Shown here piece after piece: positions 8,332 to 17,292 of a DNA stretch of 32,000 bases; position 1 is the stretch's first letter, and each line of letters opens with the position of its first letter. This DNA comes from Clostridia bacterium (lineage in GTDB: Bacteria; Bacillota; Clostridia; TANB77; RGIG9151). Both the position numbers and the translations under genes were made by a program. The stretch is from assembly GCA_017934955.1 (NCBI GenBank), contig JAGBIO010000008.1, positions 1 through 32,000 on the forward strand. The letters are read 5' to 3'. The notes beneath the pieces were generated by a model. It was not told the origin of the DNA. It did not search any database and saw only the letters and a list, made by a program, of their open reading frames with translations.

Positions 8332-9870
8332 CTACTCCCACTCAATCGTAGCCGGAGGCTTACTTGTCACATCATACACAACCCTATTAATCCCCTTCAC
8401 CTCATTCACAATTCGGCTCGACACCTTATCCAGCACATCATACGGAATTCTCGCCCAATCTGCTGTCATAAAATCTGTCGTCGTCACACCGCGAAGAGCC
8501 AAGGTATAATCATAGGTTCTACCGTCCCCCATAACGCCGACACTACGCATATCGGTAAGCACGGCAAAATACTGATTGATACTTCTCTCCAATCCCGCAT
8601 TCTTAACCTCTTCTCTGAAAATCGCATCCGCTTCCCGTAAAATAGCAAGCTTCTCCTCCGTCACTTCCCCAATCACACGGATTCCCAAGCCAGGCCCCGG
8701 GAATGGTTGTCTCCAAACTAAGTTGTCCGGCAAACCAAGTTCGATTCCCATTTCGCGTACTTCATCCTTAAACAACATACGAAGAGGCTCAATCAGCTCA
8801 TCAAAATCCACCACATCCGGCAAACCGCCTACATTATGATGGCTCTTAATCACCGCACTATGCCCTAAGCCACTCTCAATCACATCCGGATAAATCGTAC
8901 CCTGCACCAAGAAACCAACCTTACCGATCTTCTTCGCTTCATCCTCAAAGACACGAATAAATTCCTCGCCAATAATCTTTCTCTTCTTCTCCGGCTCGGT
9001 AACGCCCTTCAATTTACTCAAAAAACGTTCCTGCGCATTGGCACGAACAAACTTCGACTGAAAGAACTTACCAAACGCTTCCTCTACTTCGTCTCCCTCG
9101 TTCTTTCTCATCAAACCGTTATCTACAAACACACAAGTCAACTGCTCGCCAACCGCTTTTGACACCAAAGCCGCAGCCACACTCGAATCTACACCGCCGG
9201 ACAACGCACACAAAACCTTCCCGTCGCCAACTTTATCACGAATCGCCTTAAGCTGTGCCTCTATATACCCTTCCATTGTCCAGTCGCCGGAACAACCGCA
9301 CACTTCAAACAAGAAATTACGGATCATGTCTTTTCCATATGGCGTATGATTTACTTCCGGATGAAATTGCACGCCGTACAGCTTCTTCTCCGCATTCTCC
9401 ATAGCCCCTGTCGGACAATTCTCTGTCTTCGCTGTTACTCGAAATCCTTCCGGCAACGTCTCCACAAAATCCGTATGACTCATCCAACAAGTTTCCTCTG
9501 CCTCTAAGCCGGCAAACAACTTACTCTCTGTATCTAAATGAATCGCAGTCTTCCCGTATTCTCTCTTCTCCGGCTGACTAATAACTTGTCCGCCCAAAGT
9601 ATATGCCATCAACTGACAACCGTAGCAAATCCCCAAAACCGGAATTTCCAATTCAAAGATTTCTTTATTAATATGCGGAGACTCCTCACAATACACACTA
9701 TTCGGGCCACCGGTGAAAATAATACCCTTCGGATTTAACGCCTTTAGCTCCTCCAATGAAATCGTATATGGCTTCACCACACAATACACATGGCACTCCC
9801 GCACACGTCTCGCAATCAACTGATTATACTGCCCGCCAAAATCCACTACCACAATCGTTTCATTCCTCAT
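8332..9870 (-). CDS. guaA: GMP synthase (glutamine-hydrolysing)
   Basis: It has a GATase domain ([14 protein letters not shown]), the ATP-pyrophosphatase motif SGGVDSS, and the C-terminal ...KPPATIEWE. The preferred start is ATG 9870 ([15 protein letters not shown]), with GGAGGG 7 nt upstream. The ORF-track start at 9885 is 5 codons further upstream. Confidence 0.97.
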   Translation of the reverse strand: MRNETIVVVDFGGQYNQLIARRVRECHVYCVVKPYTISLEELKALNPKGIIFTGGPNSVYCEESPHINKEIFELEIPVLGICYGCQLMAYTLGGQVISQPEKREYGKTAIHLDTESKLFAGLEAEETCWMSHTDFVETLPEGFRVTAKTENCPTGAMENAEKKLYGVQFHPEVNHTPYGKDMIRNFLFEVCGCSGDWTMEGYIEAQLKAIRDKVGDGKVLCALSGGVDSSVAAALVSKAVGEQLTCVFVDNGLMRKNEGDEVEEAFGKFFQSKFVRANAQERFLSKLKGVTEPEKKRKIIGEEFIRVFEDEAKKIGKVGFLVQGTIYPDVIESGLGHSAVIKSHHNVGGLPDVVDFDELIEPLRMLFKDEVREMGIELGLPDNLVWRQPFPGPGLGIRVIGEVTEEKLAILREADAIFREEVKNAGLERSINQYFAVLTDMRSVGVMGDGRTYDYTLALRGVTTTDFMTADWARIPYDVLDKVSSRIVNEVKGINRVVYDVTSKPPATIEWE

Positions 9871-9920
9871 AATTAGACCCTCCAAAAGACTTACTTCGCA
9901 AGAAATAATAAAGAATATTG

Positions 9921-9997
9921 AAAAAAGAATAAATAATAAATTTTGTTGTTTTTCGGTAAACCGAAAAACTTCATTATTTCTTCTTTATTATTTATTC
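9921..9997 (-). terminator. Long AT-rich compound hairpin terminator between the kinase-family gene and guaA
   Basis: The inner stem is GTTTTTCGG-TAAA-CCGAAAAAC (9948-9969). The outer stem is GAATAAATAATAAA (9927-9940) paired with TTTATTATTTATTC (9984-9997). On the minus strand the structure is followed by TTTTTT. Confidence 0.7.
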
Positions 9998-10020
9998 TCT
10001 ATTCTTTATTCTCTCATTTC

Positions 10021-11679
10021 TTATTCCTCCTGAAAACAGCTACCTCCGATAAACTCACGAATAATCGAATTTTCCGGCACACGCTCCGACTCAATCGGCT
10101 CAAAATACTGTAAAAAGTCCAATAGCTTCTTTGCCTGCGGATAATACTCCGACTTCTTCGTAATCTCTCTTAATAACGGCTCTGCCACTACCTTCAAAAT
10201 ACCGATTTCATAAAACATCGCCGAATTAAACATCGCATCCGCATCCTCCTGATAAGGGAAAATATTCTTCTCCTCACCACGGCGCACCGCATCCCAAAGT
10301 TCTAACGTTCTCTCCGGTGAATGTCCTCTATACTTATAGTCCCGCACCATTCTTCTTAACAATCTCGTATCCGACGTACCAATCGAATTGTGATCATCAA
10401 TATTAATCGAAGTTAAAGCACTGATATAAATCTTAAACTTATTCTCACGCGGAATACTCTCCGTAAGCTTCTCATTTAACGCATGAATTCCTTCAAAAAT
10501 CAAAACCTGATTTTCCTCTAACTTTAACTTCTTACCGGTTAACTTTCTGGTACCGGTCATAAAATCAAATAACGGAAGTTCCACTTCCTCTCCGTTTAAT
10601 AACTTCGTCAAATGTTCATTAAACAACTCCAAATCCACCGCATACAAACTCTCAAAATCCGGCTTTCCGGTTTCATCAAGCGGCGTCCGATCCCGATTTA
10701 CAAAATAATCGTCTAACGCAATCGGAATCGCATTAATGCCATTTACCATCAACTGAATCGCAAGTCTGTGGGAAGACGTTGTCTTTCCTGACGAAGAAGG
10801 ACCCGCAATCAACACAATCTTCTTCTTCGGATCCGACTTAATCTTATCCGCAATCTCCGCATACTTTTTCTCTTGCAAAGCCTCCGCAATTCGCATATAC
10901 TGCCCCATTTTATTGTTTCGAACAATTTCATTTAGCATCGAAACGTTCTCAACCCCTAAAATACGATTCCACGTCTTAAACTCACGAAAAATCTCAAACA
11001 ACTTCTTTTGATCATAATACGGCGGTAAATGATAAAAATCTCCCTTTTTCGGATAGCGCAAAATAAATCCGCCCTCATATAGCCGCAACTCAAACATCGT
11101 AAGATACCCGCTATTCGGAACCAAATAACCGTAAAAATAATCGTTCCAATCTCCGCAGGAATAAATCGTCACCATGTCCATATCCAAAGAATCCAACACT
11201 CCGATTTTATCCGGTTGCTGTAAACTCATATAAATCTTCTTAGCCTCTTCCTTCGTCACCTTACTCTTAATAAACGGAATCTTCTCCGCCACCAACTCCC
11301 GCATTCTATCTTCAATTTGCTTACGAAACGTCTCATTCACCGGACAATCTGCATTTCGAAGTTCGCAAAAAACGCCTTGATTAATAGAATGTTCTACCAC
11401 GACATTCGCACTCGGACAAAATTCCTCACAAACCTTAATAAACAAGAACAATAAGCTCCTCCTGTAAATGCTGACTCCCTCGGAAGAATCATAATCCACA
11501 AAACGAATTTCCGCATCCTCATCCATTTTATGCCGCAAACTTCTCGACTCATTATTCACAATCGCCCCTAAAATCGGAGACGCATTTTGAATCCCAAAAG
11601 AATTAATAAAATCAATAATTCTCGTATTTTTCTCTACTTCAAACTCTCTACCCTGCACTTTTATCTTTACTGTATCCAT
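10021..11679 (-). CDS. Uridine kinase/phosphoribulokinase-family nucleoside kinase with a long N-terminal TGS/ThrRS-like extension
   Basis: 552 aa. The P-loop IAGPSSSGKTT and the downstream DDYF lie in the C-terminal half. The N-terminus (VKIKVQGREFEVEKNTRIIDF) resembles a TGS-type beta-grasp. It lies 19 nt downstream of the ligase gene. Confidence 0.8.
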   Translation of the reverse strand: MDTVKIKVQGREFEVEKNTRIIDFINSFGIQNASPILGAIVNNESRSLRHKMDEDAEIRFVDYDSSEGVSIYRRSLLFLFIKVCEEFCPSANVVVEHSINQGVFCELRNADCPVNETFRKQIEDRMRELVAEKIPFIKSKVTKEEAKKIYMSLQQPDKIGVLDSLDMDMVTIYSCGDWNDYFYGYLVPNSGYLTMFELRLYEGGFILRYPKKGDFYHLPPYYDQKKLFEIFREFKTWNRILGVENVSMLNEIVRNNKMGQYMRIAEALQEKKYAEIADKIKSDPKKKIVLIAGPSSSGKTTSSHRLAIQLMVNGINAIPIALDDYFVNRDRTPLDETGKPDFESLYAVDLELFNEHLTKLLNGEEVELPLFDFMTGTRKLTGKKLKLEENQVLIFEGIHALNEKLTESIPRENKFKIYISALTSINIDDHNSIGTSDTRLLRRMVRDYKYRGHSPERTLELWDAVRRGEEKNIFPYQEDADAMFNSAMFYEIGILKVVAEPLLREITKKSEYYPQAKKLLDFLQYFEPIESERVPENSIIREFIGGSCFQEE

Positions 11680-11698
11680 AAATCCGCAAACCTCCCAC

Positions 11699-13411
11699 TT
11701 AATACCTTTTTATTTTATGCGTCGTCGTCTTCGCAAACTCCGTCTCTTGTATTTCAAACTGTTTTACAGCCTTATAAGTCGGCATCTTTCTATTCGCCTT
11801 CTTCACTTGCTCCGCAATCATCTTACGGATCTCATCTGCACTTAAATTAAACGTTCCGGTAGAATTTCGAATCTCATCGTAATCCGGCACAATCTTCGCA
11901 TATACTTGCGGTTCAAGCTCTCCCTCAACTTCTTTTCCGTACACCATACTCTCCTTAATAATCGGACTATCATTTAAATAAGATTCCACTTCTTCCGGGA
12001 AGATATTCTTCCCATTCTTCGTCACAATGACATTTTTCTTTCTTCCGGTAATATAGTAAAAACCATCTTTATCCACATAACCCAAATCACCGGTTTTAAG
12101 CCATCCATCTGAAGTCAGCGTCTTCTTTGTCGCTTCCTCGTTCTCATAATATCCCTGCATCACAATATTGCCCTTAACCCAAATTTCTCCGATACCCGAA
12201 GCATCCGGATCATGAACCTGTGCCTCCACTCCCGGTAACGCCAAGCCAATCGACGCATTCTTATAATAATCTACCTGATTGACAAATGCAATCGGAGATG
12301 CCTCCGTCAGCCCGTAACCTTGAATTACGAAAAAACCCATATCCTGAAGCCCCTTCAAAACTTCCGGCTTACTCGCTGCACCTCCCGCAATCGCCAAACG
12401 AATATTTCCACCGAAAGTATCTAAAATATCCGCAAAAAACTTCTTACGCATATCCACATTCACTTTTCGTAGCATATTGCTGATTTTTAACCCCTTCTGC
12501 AATTTCTCCGCTCTTCCCGTCTTTTTCGCCTGTTCCCAAATCTTCTTATACATATTCTCATAGATAAGCGGTACCGCAATCATGACCGTTGGCTTTACTT
12601 CCTTTAAGTTTTGCACGATATGTTTTAATCCTTCACAGAAGGAAATCGTCGCACCGTTGTATAGCATTAATAAGAACGACACAGTACATTCGTATGTATG
12701 ATGCAACGGTAAAATCGAAAGGATTGTATCCTCCTCCGTAACATTTACAACCTGCGACGTATATACAATATCCGAACAAATATTTCTTTGGCTCAACATA
12801 ACCCCTTTGGCCAACCCTGTCGTTCCCGACGTAAACAATAAAATCGTCGGCTCTTCCGGATCTACCTTAGCATTAATAAACTTCTTATCTCCGATTTTAA
12901 TCAAGTTATTTCCTTTTTTTAAAATCTTATTAAAGGAAAGACAACCTGCTTCATCCTCTGCCAAATCCATATTAATAAAATACTTTAACTCATGAAGTCC
13001 CGCAACCGCTTCCGCTACTTTATCCTTATATTTGGCAGAAAAGACAATCGCACGAACTTTCGAAACCTCTAACAAATATCTTAATTCATTCGCGGGAAGC
13101 TCCTTATCCAAAGGAACAATTGTCCCTGTTCCCGCCGTCGTCGCCAAATACGTCAAACACCACTCATAACGATTTTCTCCTAAAACCGCAATCTTCTCAT
13201 GCTTTAGTCCCATATTAATAAATTCCGTTCCCAAAGCCTCCACATCTTTCTTCAAATCCTTGTAACGAATCCCTGTATACTCCCCCATGATTCCTTTTAA
13301 CAAAAATGCATTCTTATTTCCATAAATCCCCGCACTTTGATTTAATAAATCCTTAAAATCCGTAATATCTCTTTTATTGTAAATCGGCTGAGTCAAAGGA
13401 AATCCCTCCAT
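11699..13411 (-). CDS. Long-chain-fatty-acid--CoA ligase (AMP-forming, FAA1/FadD-like)
   Basis: 570 aa. It has the AMP-binding signature LLFTSGTTGLAKGVMLS, plus GYGLTE and TGDLGYVDKDGFYYITGRKKNVI. There is no SD before ATG 13411. Confidence 0.9.
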   Translation of the reverse strand: MEGFPLTQPIYNKRDITDFKDLLNQSAGIYGNKNAFLLKGIMGEYTGIRYKDLKKDVEALGTEFINMGLKHEKIAVLGENRYEWCLTYLATTAGTGTIVPLDKELPANELRYLLEVSKVRAIVFSAKYKDKVAEAVAGLHELKYFINMDLAEDEAGCLSFNKILKKGNNLIKIGDKKFINAKVDPEEPTILLFTSGTTGLAKGVMLSQRNICSDIVYTSQVVNVTEEDTILSILPLHHTYECTVSFLLMLYNGATISFCEGLKHIVQNLKEVKPTVMIAVPLIYENMYKKIWEQAKKTGRAEKLQKGLKISNMLRKVNVDMRKKFFADILDTFGGNIRLAIAGGAASKPEVLKGLQDMGFFVIQGYGLTEASPIAFVNQVDYYKNASIGLALPGVEAQVHDPDASGIGEIWVKGNIVMQGYYENEEATKKTLTSDGWLKTGDLGYVDKDGFYYITGRKKNVIVTKNGKNIFPEEVESYLNDSPIIKESMVYGKEVEGELEPQVYAKIVPDYDEIRNSTGTFNLSADEIRKMIAEQVKKANRKMPTYKAVKQFEIQETEFAKTTTHKIKRY

Positions 13412-13416
13412 ATTCC

Positions 13417-13445
13417 ATTATATTTATATATACTAACTTTATCAT
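13417..13445 (-). promoter_or_regulatory. Candidate promoter giving a leaderless ligase mRNA
   Basis: Minus strand: ATGATA (13445-13440), a 17-nt spacer, TATAAT (13422-13417), then GGAAT and ATG 13411. No Shine-Dalgarno sequence is present. Confidence 0.35.
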
Positions 13446-13509
13446 AACAAAATAAAACTGTAAAGAAAGATTTTGATTACTTTTCAGCCTTAAAATTATC
13501 GCAAATAAT

Positions 13510-13537
13510 TGTAAGGAACAACATCCTCGACGTCCCG
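13510..13537 (+). repeat. Degenerate copy of the GC-rich repeat (REP-B)
   Basis: TGTAAGGAACAACATCCTCGACGTCCCG compared with the consensus TGTAGGGGACGGCGTCCTCGACGTCCCG. The 3' half is intact and the 5' half has mutated. It ends 4 nt from the spoIIIAA stop codon. Confidence 0.6.
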
Positions 13538-13541
13538 CACA

Positions 13542-14423
13542 CTAATTTTCTTTTCTTTTTTCAACACATTCAAACCCCTCCTGCTTTAAAACAATAATCC
13601 TCTCAAACACTCCCATCCCAATCAACTCTTTCAATCGCGTGCTTCGGTTCAAATCCTCCAACGATCCGCCATGTGCTGTCGCTAAAATCTTCACACCGGA
13701 ATTTACAGCATATAAAATTGCCTCTGCATCTTCATCCGTTCCTATCTCATCCGTCGCAATAAAATCCGGTCGCATTGATCGCACCATCATTCGAATTCCC
13801 TCCGATTTCGAGACCGAATCCATCACGTCGGTCCGTAATCCGACATCATTTTGTGCCTCTCCCCGATATACCGCCGCAATCTCAGAACGCTCATCTACCA
13901 ACGAAACATCATACCCTGCATTGCTAATCCGCCGCACCAAATCCCGCAAAATTGTTGTTTTTCCCAATCCCGGAGGAGCTACCAACAAAGTACTCAAAAA
14001 CTCGCCATTCTTTATAACAGAAGGAATGAGTTTATCCGCCGCGCCAATTACCTGCCTTGCGATACGGAAATTCAATCCTGAAACATCGCGAATATTATAC
14101 AACCGATTTTCTTTATATAACGCCTTTCCCACAATTCCAATCCGATGCCCACCAAATACCGTCACAAAGCCATTTACAATATCTTCCTGAAACGCATAAA
14201 TGGAGTTTTCGCATACTGCTGAAAAAATACTTTCCACTTCACTCTTTGCCATTTTCTTTTCCAATACTCTTTCCCCTCGGCTGCTTTTTAATATCACCGG
14301 GCGATTCGTCCGAACACGAATTTCCTGTAAATCGTTTAAAAATGAGTCGCCTACGTTTAAAATATCCTCCCTGACCTCCGATGTAAAAAAACGCAAAAGC
14401 TCCCGATTGATTCTATCTTTCAT
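13542..14423 (-). CDS. spoIIIAA: Stage III sporulation protein AA-like ATPase
   Basis: It has Walker A APPGLGKTT, Walker B-like DFIATDEIG, and SGVKILATAHG. The preferred start is ATG 14423 (MKDRINREL), with GGAG 8 nt upstream. The ORF-track start at 14528 runs into the palindrome array. Confidence 0.85.
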   Translation of the reverse strand: MKDRINRELLRFFTSEVREDILNVGDSFLNDLQEIRVRTNRPVILKSSRGERVLEKKMAKSEVESIFSAVCENSIYAFQEDIVNGFVTVFGGHRIGIVGKALYKENRLYNIRDVSGLNFRIARQVIGAADKLIPSVIKNGEFLSTLLVAPPGLGKTTILRDLVRRISNAGYDVSLVDERSEIAAVYRGEAQNDVGLRTDVMDSVSKSEGIRMMVRSMRPDFIATDEIGTDEDAEAILYAVNSGVKILATAHGGSLEDLNRSTRLKELIGMGVFERIIVLKQEGFECVEKRKEN

Positions 14424-14456
14424 TGGCATAACTCCTTTCTTTTGTATTATATTTGC

Positions 14457-14636
14457 GGACACAATAAATTGTGTCCCTACGTTAATTGTGCCTCTTCCTT
14501 CCGTACGGACAGCATTCATGCTGTCCACACGTTAATTGTGCCTCTATCCTTCTGTACGGACAGCATTCATGCTGTCCACACGTTAATTGTGCTTCTATCC
14601 TTCTGTACGGACAGCATTTATGCTGTCCACTCTACA
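14457..14636 (+). repeat. Tandem array of 3.5 units (50-51-bp period) of palindrome plus constant spacer
   Basis: The hairpins are GGACACAAT-AA-ATTGTGTCC (14457-14476) and GGACAGCAT-TC-ATGCTGTCC (14507-14526 and 14558-14577). A fourth, GGACAGCAT-TT-ATGCTGTCC, lies at 14609-14628. The spacers are near-identical (ACACGTTAATTGTGCCTCTATCCTTCTGTAC). Confidence 0.95.
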
Positions 14637-14660
14637 AAATCCGCCAATTTTCTCCCTCAA

Positions 14661-14698
14661 TAAAAAAGAGACACTGTCAAAATCAACAATGTCTCTTC
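14661..14698 (-). terminator. trpS intrinsic terminator
   Basis: Minus strand: AAGAGACATTGT, a loop, ACAGTGTCTCTT, then TTTTTT. It begins about 5 nt after the trpS stop. Confidence 0.8.
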
Positions 14699-14702
14699 CT
14701 TC

Positions 14703-15776
14703 TTATATTGTCATATTCATTGCCTTACGAACTTTATCTAACGTATCCGAAGCCTCCGCACGGGCTTTTTCAATTCCTCTTGTTAAAACGCTTCTGATAT
14801 AATCATCGTTTCCTTCCAATTCCAAGCGTTTCGCTCTTAGAGGAGCTAAATACTCATTCAAGCTCTCTGTCAAAACTGCTTTCAACTTACCGGCACCGCC
14901 ATCTCCGATTCTCTCTGCAATCGCCTCCGGCGCCTCTCCGGTACACAAAGACGTAATCTTTAACAAATTCGCCACTTCCGGACGATTTTCCGGATCATAG
15001 GTAATGACTCTCTCCGAATCCGTCTTTGCCTTCTTAATTAGCGCCGCCGTCTCATCTGCCGTTGCTTTTAACATAATGGTATTTCCGCGACTCTTACTCA
15101 TCTTCTGGAATCCATCCAATCCCATAATCATAGGAGCTTCACTCAATAACGGCTCCGGCGCATAAAACGTCGGTTTTTCCATCGGAAATCTCTTATTAAA
15201 ACGTTTTGTAATGGTACGCGCAATCTCTAAATGCGGTAACTGATCTTTTCCTACCGGAACCAAATTTCCCTTTACCGCCAAGATATCCGCCGCCTGATGA
15301 ACCGGATAAATGTAAGTACCCGAGCTGATTGCTCTCCCTTCCGTCGCTTTAATCTCTTCCTTAACAGTAGGATTGCGATCCAATTCTGAATTTGTTACCA
15401 AGAACAAAAACGGGAGTAATAATTGATTTAACTCCGGAACATGACTGTGCGGAAAAATAAAGGTTCTTCCGTTTTCCGGATCCAATCCCGCCGCAATATA
15501 GTCCTTCGTCAATTCCTTAATATTCTCCGAAATCATCGCCGCACTTTCCCGATCGGTAAGTACCTGATAATCTGCAATAACAATAAAGGTCTCAATTCCT
15601 TCATTTTGAATTCTCACACGATTTCTTAAAGAACCGAATAAATGCCCGATATGTAAACTACCGGTAGGACGGTCCCCCGTCAAAACACGATATCTTTCTT
15701 TATGTTCCTTAATATCTTCCTCTATCATTCTGCTTCTTTTTAATGCCTCTTCAAAACTTGCATTTTCTTCTGCCAT
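14703..15776 (-). CDS. trpS: Tryptophan--tRNA ligase
   Basis: A class I synthetase with a HIGH-type motif (GSLHIGHL) and an exact KMSKS. The preferred start is ATG 15776 (MAEEN), 9 nt after AGGAG. The ORF-track start at 15794 is a GTG that overlaps the SD. Confidence 0.95.
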   Translation of the reverse strand: MAEENASFEEALKRSRMIEEDIKEHKERYRVLTGDRPTGSLHIGHLFGSLRNRVRIQNEGIETFIVIADYQVLTDRESAAMISENIKELTKDYIAAGLDPENGRTFIFPHSHVPELNQLLLPFLFLVTNSELDRNPTVKEEIKATEGRAISSGTYIYPVHQAADILAVKGNLVPVGKDQLPHLEIARTITKRFNKRFPMEKPTFYAPEPLLSEAPMIMGLDGFQKMSKSRGNTIMLKATADETAALIKKAKTDSERVITYDPENRPEVANLLKITSLCTGEAPEAIAERIGDGGAGKLKAVLTESLNEYLAPLRAKRLELEGNDDYIRSVLTRGIEKARAEASDTLDKVRKAMNMTI

Positions 15777-15851
15777 AATCTTCATCTCCTTCACTACAAA
15801 TTACTTATCTTCTATTTTATTCTAACTTTCCAAAATTTGCAATAATTACTA

Positions 15852-15880
15852 TGTACTTTTTCATTTTATTTTGTTAGAAT
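15852..15880 (+). promoter_or_regulatory. Candidate extended -10 promoter for the nfeD-SPFH operon
   Basis: TG-T-TAGAAT (TG at 15872-15873, hexamer at 15875-15880) with a weak -35 TGTACT (15852-15857) at 17-nt spacing. Confidence 0.4.
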
Positions 15881-15902
15881 GAAGATAAAAGGTGGTGAAA
15901 AA

Positions 15903-16325
15903 ATGGCTAAGTACTGGTTGATATTTTCTATCATATTAGGAGTCGGTGAAATTCTTACTCCAAATTTCTTTTTACTCTGGTTCGCAATCGGAGGCGTAAT
16001 TGCTTGTATCGTGTCCTTTTTTATTGACAATATAGCGATTCAATTAGCAATCTTTGCAATTGTTTCCCTTGCGCTTCTTGTTTTCACGAAACCACTTGTA
16101 AAAAAGATTACAAAATCCGATGAACGCGTCGCTTCCAATTATATGGCTTTAATCGGGAAAAAAGCTCGTGTCATTGAAAAGATCGATGCTTCTAAAGAAA
16201 CCGGAAAAATAAAACTAAACGGTGAAGTTTGGAAAGCAATTCCACAAGAAGAAGGAACTACTTTCGAAATAGATTCTGAGGTAGAAATTATCGCAATCGA
16301 TGGTGTAAAACTAATTGTAAAATAA
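15903..16325 (+). CDS. NfeD-family membrane protein
   Basis: Hydrophobic N-terminal helices are followed by a C-terminal OB-like segment (GKIKLNGEVWKA). It lies directly upstream of an SPFH gene, which is the classic pairing. The start is ATG 15903, 7 nt after AAAGGTGGTG. Confidence 0.85.
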   Translation: MAKYWLIFSIILGVGEILTPNFFLLWFAIGGVIACIVSFFIDNIAIQLAIFAIVSLALLVFTKPLVKKITKSDERVASNYMALIGKKARVIEKIDASKETGKIKLNGEVWKAIPQEEGTTFEIDSEVEIIAIDGVKLIVK

Positions 16326-16343
16326 TTAAAAGGAGGAGTTAAA

Positions 16344-17270
16344 ATGGAAGTTATTCTTATTATTTTATTAATCGCAGCCGTAATTATCGCTTTTAGCAGT
16401 ATCGTTACGGTGCACCAAAGTGAAGTTTGTATTATAGAAAGATTCGGAAAATACCACAAGTTAGCACATGCAGGACTGAACTTTATATGTCCGTTCGTTG
16501 ACAAAATTCATCACAGAGTTGATTTACGTCAACAAACAATGGATGTACCGCCACAAGGCGTTATTACAAAAGATAACGTTACAATTACAATCGACACCGT
16601 TGTATTCTATCAAATTATGGATCCCTATAAAGCGGTTTATGAAATTAACAATTTAAGAGCCGGTATTTCTTACTTAGCTATCACTACCATTCGTGATATT
16701 ATCGGTAAAATGGAACTCGACAGCACCTTTAGTTCCAGAGATGTTATTAATACCCAACTTCGTGATATCTTAGACGAAGCAACCGATAAATGGGGCTGTA
16801 AAGTCGATCGTGTGGAAGTAAAAGATATTCGTCCGCCGGCAGATATCCGTGATGCCATGGAAAAGCAAATGAACGCAGAAAGAAATAAAAGAGCTGTTAT
16901 CTTAGAAGCCGAAGGTGAAAGACAAAGTGCCATCACTCGTGCGGAAGGTGAAAAAGAGGCTGCAATTTTAAGAGCAGAAGCTCAAAAACAATCGAATATT
17001 CGTCTTGCTGAAGGTGTAAAAGAAGCAAAAATCTTAGAAGCAACCGGTGAAGCCGATGCGATCCGTCAAATTGCCGAAGCAAAAGCAAAAGAAGTAGAAT
17101 TGGTTTATGACGCTATTATGAATGCAAAACCAAACGATAAATTAATTGCGATTAAGTCACTCGAAGCGCTGGAAAAAGTCGCTGACGGTCAAGCAAATAA
17201 AGTATTTATCCCATTCGACGCAACCCAAACCCTCGCTTCTGTTTCTGCCATGTTCGAAGCAAAAAATTAA
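16344..17270 (+). CDS. SPFH/band-7 (stomatin-like) protein
   Basis: 308 aa with an N-terminal TM helix, an SPFH core (VPPQGVITKDNV...VEVKDIRPP) and a C-terminal Ala/Glu-rich coiled coil. SD AAAGGAGGAG. Confidence 0.93.
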   Translation: MEVILIILLIAAVIIAFSSIVTVHQSEVCIIERFGKYHKLAHAGLNFICPFVDKIHHRVDLRQQTMDVPPQGVITKDNVTITIDTVVFYQIMDPYKAVYEINNLRAGISYLAITTIRDIIGKMELDSTFSSRDVINTQLRDILDEATDKWGCKVDRVEVKDIRPPADIRDAMEKQMNAERNKRAVILEAEGERQSAITRAEGEKEAAILRAEAQKQSNIRLAEGVKEAKILEATGEADAIRQIAEAKAKEVELVYDAIMNAKPNDKLIAIKSLEALEKVADGQANKVFIPFDATQTLASVSAMFEAKN

Positions 17271-17292
17271 TTCTTGATATCAAACCTTTTTC

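Noticed and set aside
13639-14190. Long antisense ORFs inside confident genes: 13639-14190, 13851-14081, 14057-14374, 14200-14535, 16139-16504, 16670-16936, 22689-23045, 4523-4798, 4884-5231, 8576-8839, 29922-30224 and others
   Set aside because: Each lies fully within a gene with strong homology signatures on the opposite strand or in another frame. They have low-complexity or Ser/Pro/Arg-rich composition and no SD.
14424-14528. N-terminal extensions of real genes into repeats: spoIIIAA to 14528, rsmA to 25256, the TrmN6-like gene to 26327; also guaA to 9885, trpS to 15794 and the TSCPD gene to 22326
   Set aside because: The extensions encode repeat-derived peptides (for example SMNAVRTE occurs in two different genes) or overlap the SD. 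Internal ATGs with well-spaced SDs match the conserved protein N-termini.
14457-14636. Possible CRISPR array, with palindromic 20-bp repeats at a regular 51-bp period; the same applies to 26228-26338 and 24254-24354
   Set aside because: The spacers are nearly identical to each other, so the whole 45-51-bp unit is tandemly repeated. The repeats are shorter than typical CRISPR repeats. The same hairpin is dispersed singly and in inverted doublets across the window. No cas genes or leader are present.
15777-15902. T-box leader expected upstream of trpS
   Set aside because: Only about 125 nt separate trpS from the divergent nfeD gene. I see no specifier-loop/T-box conserved sequence and no terminator/antiterminator pair.
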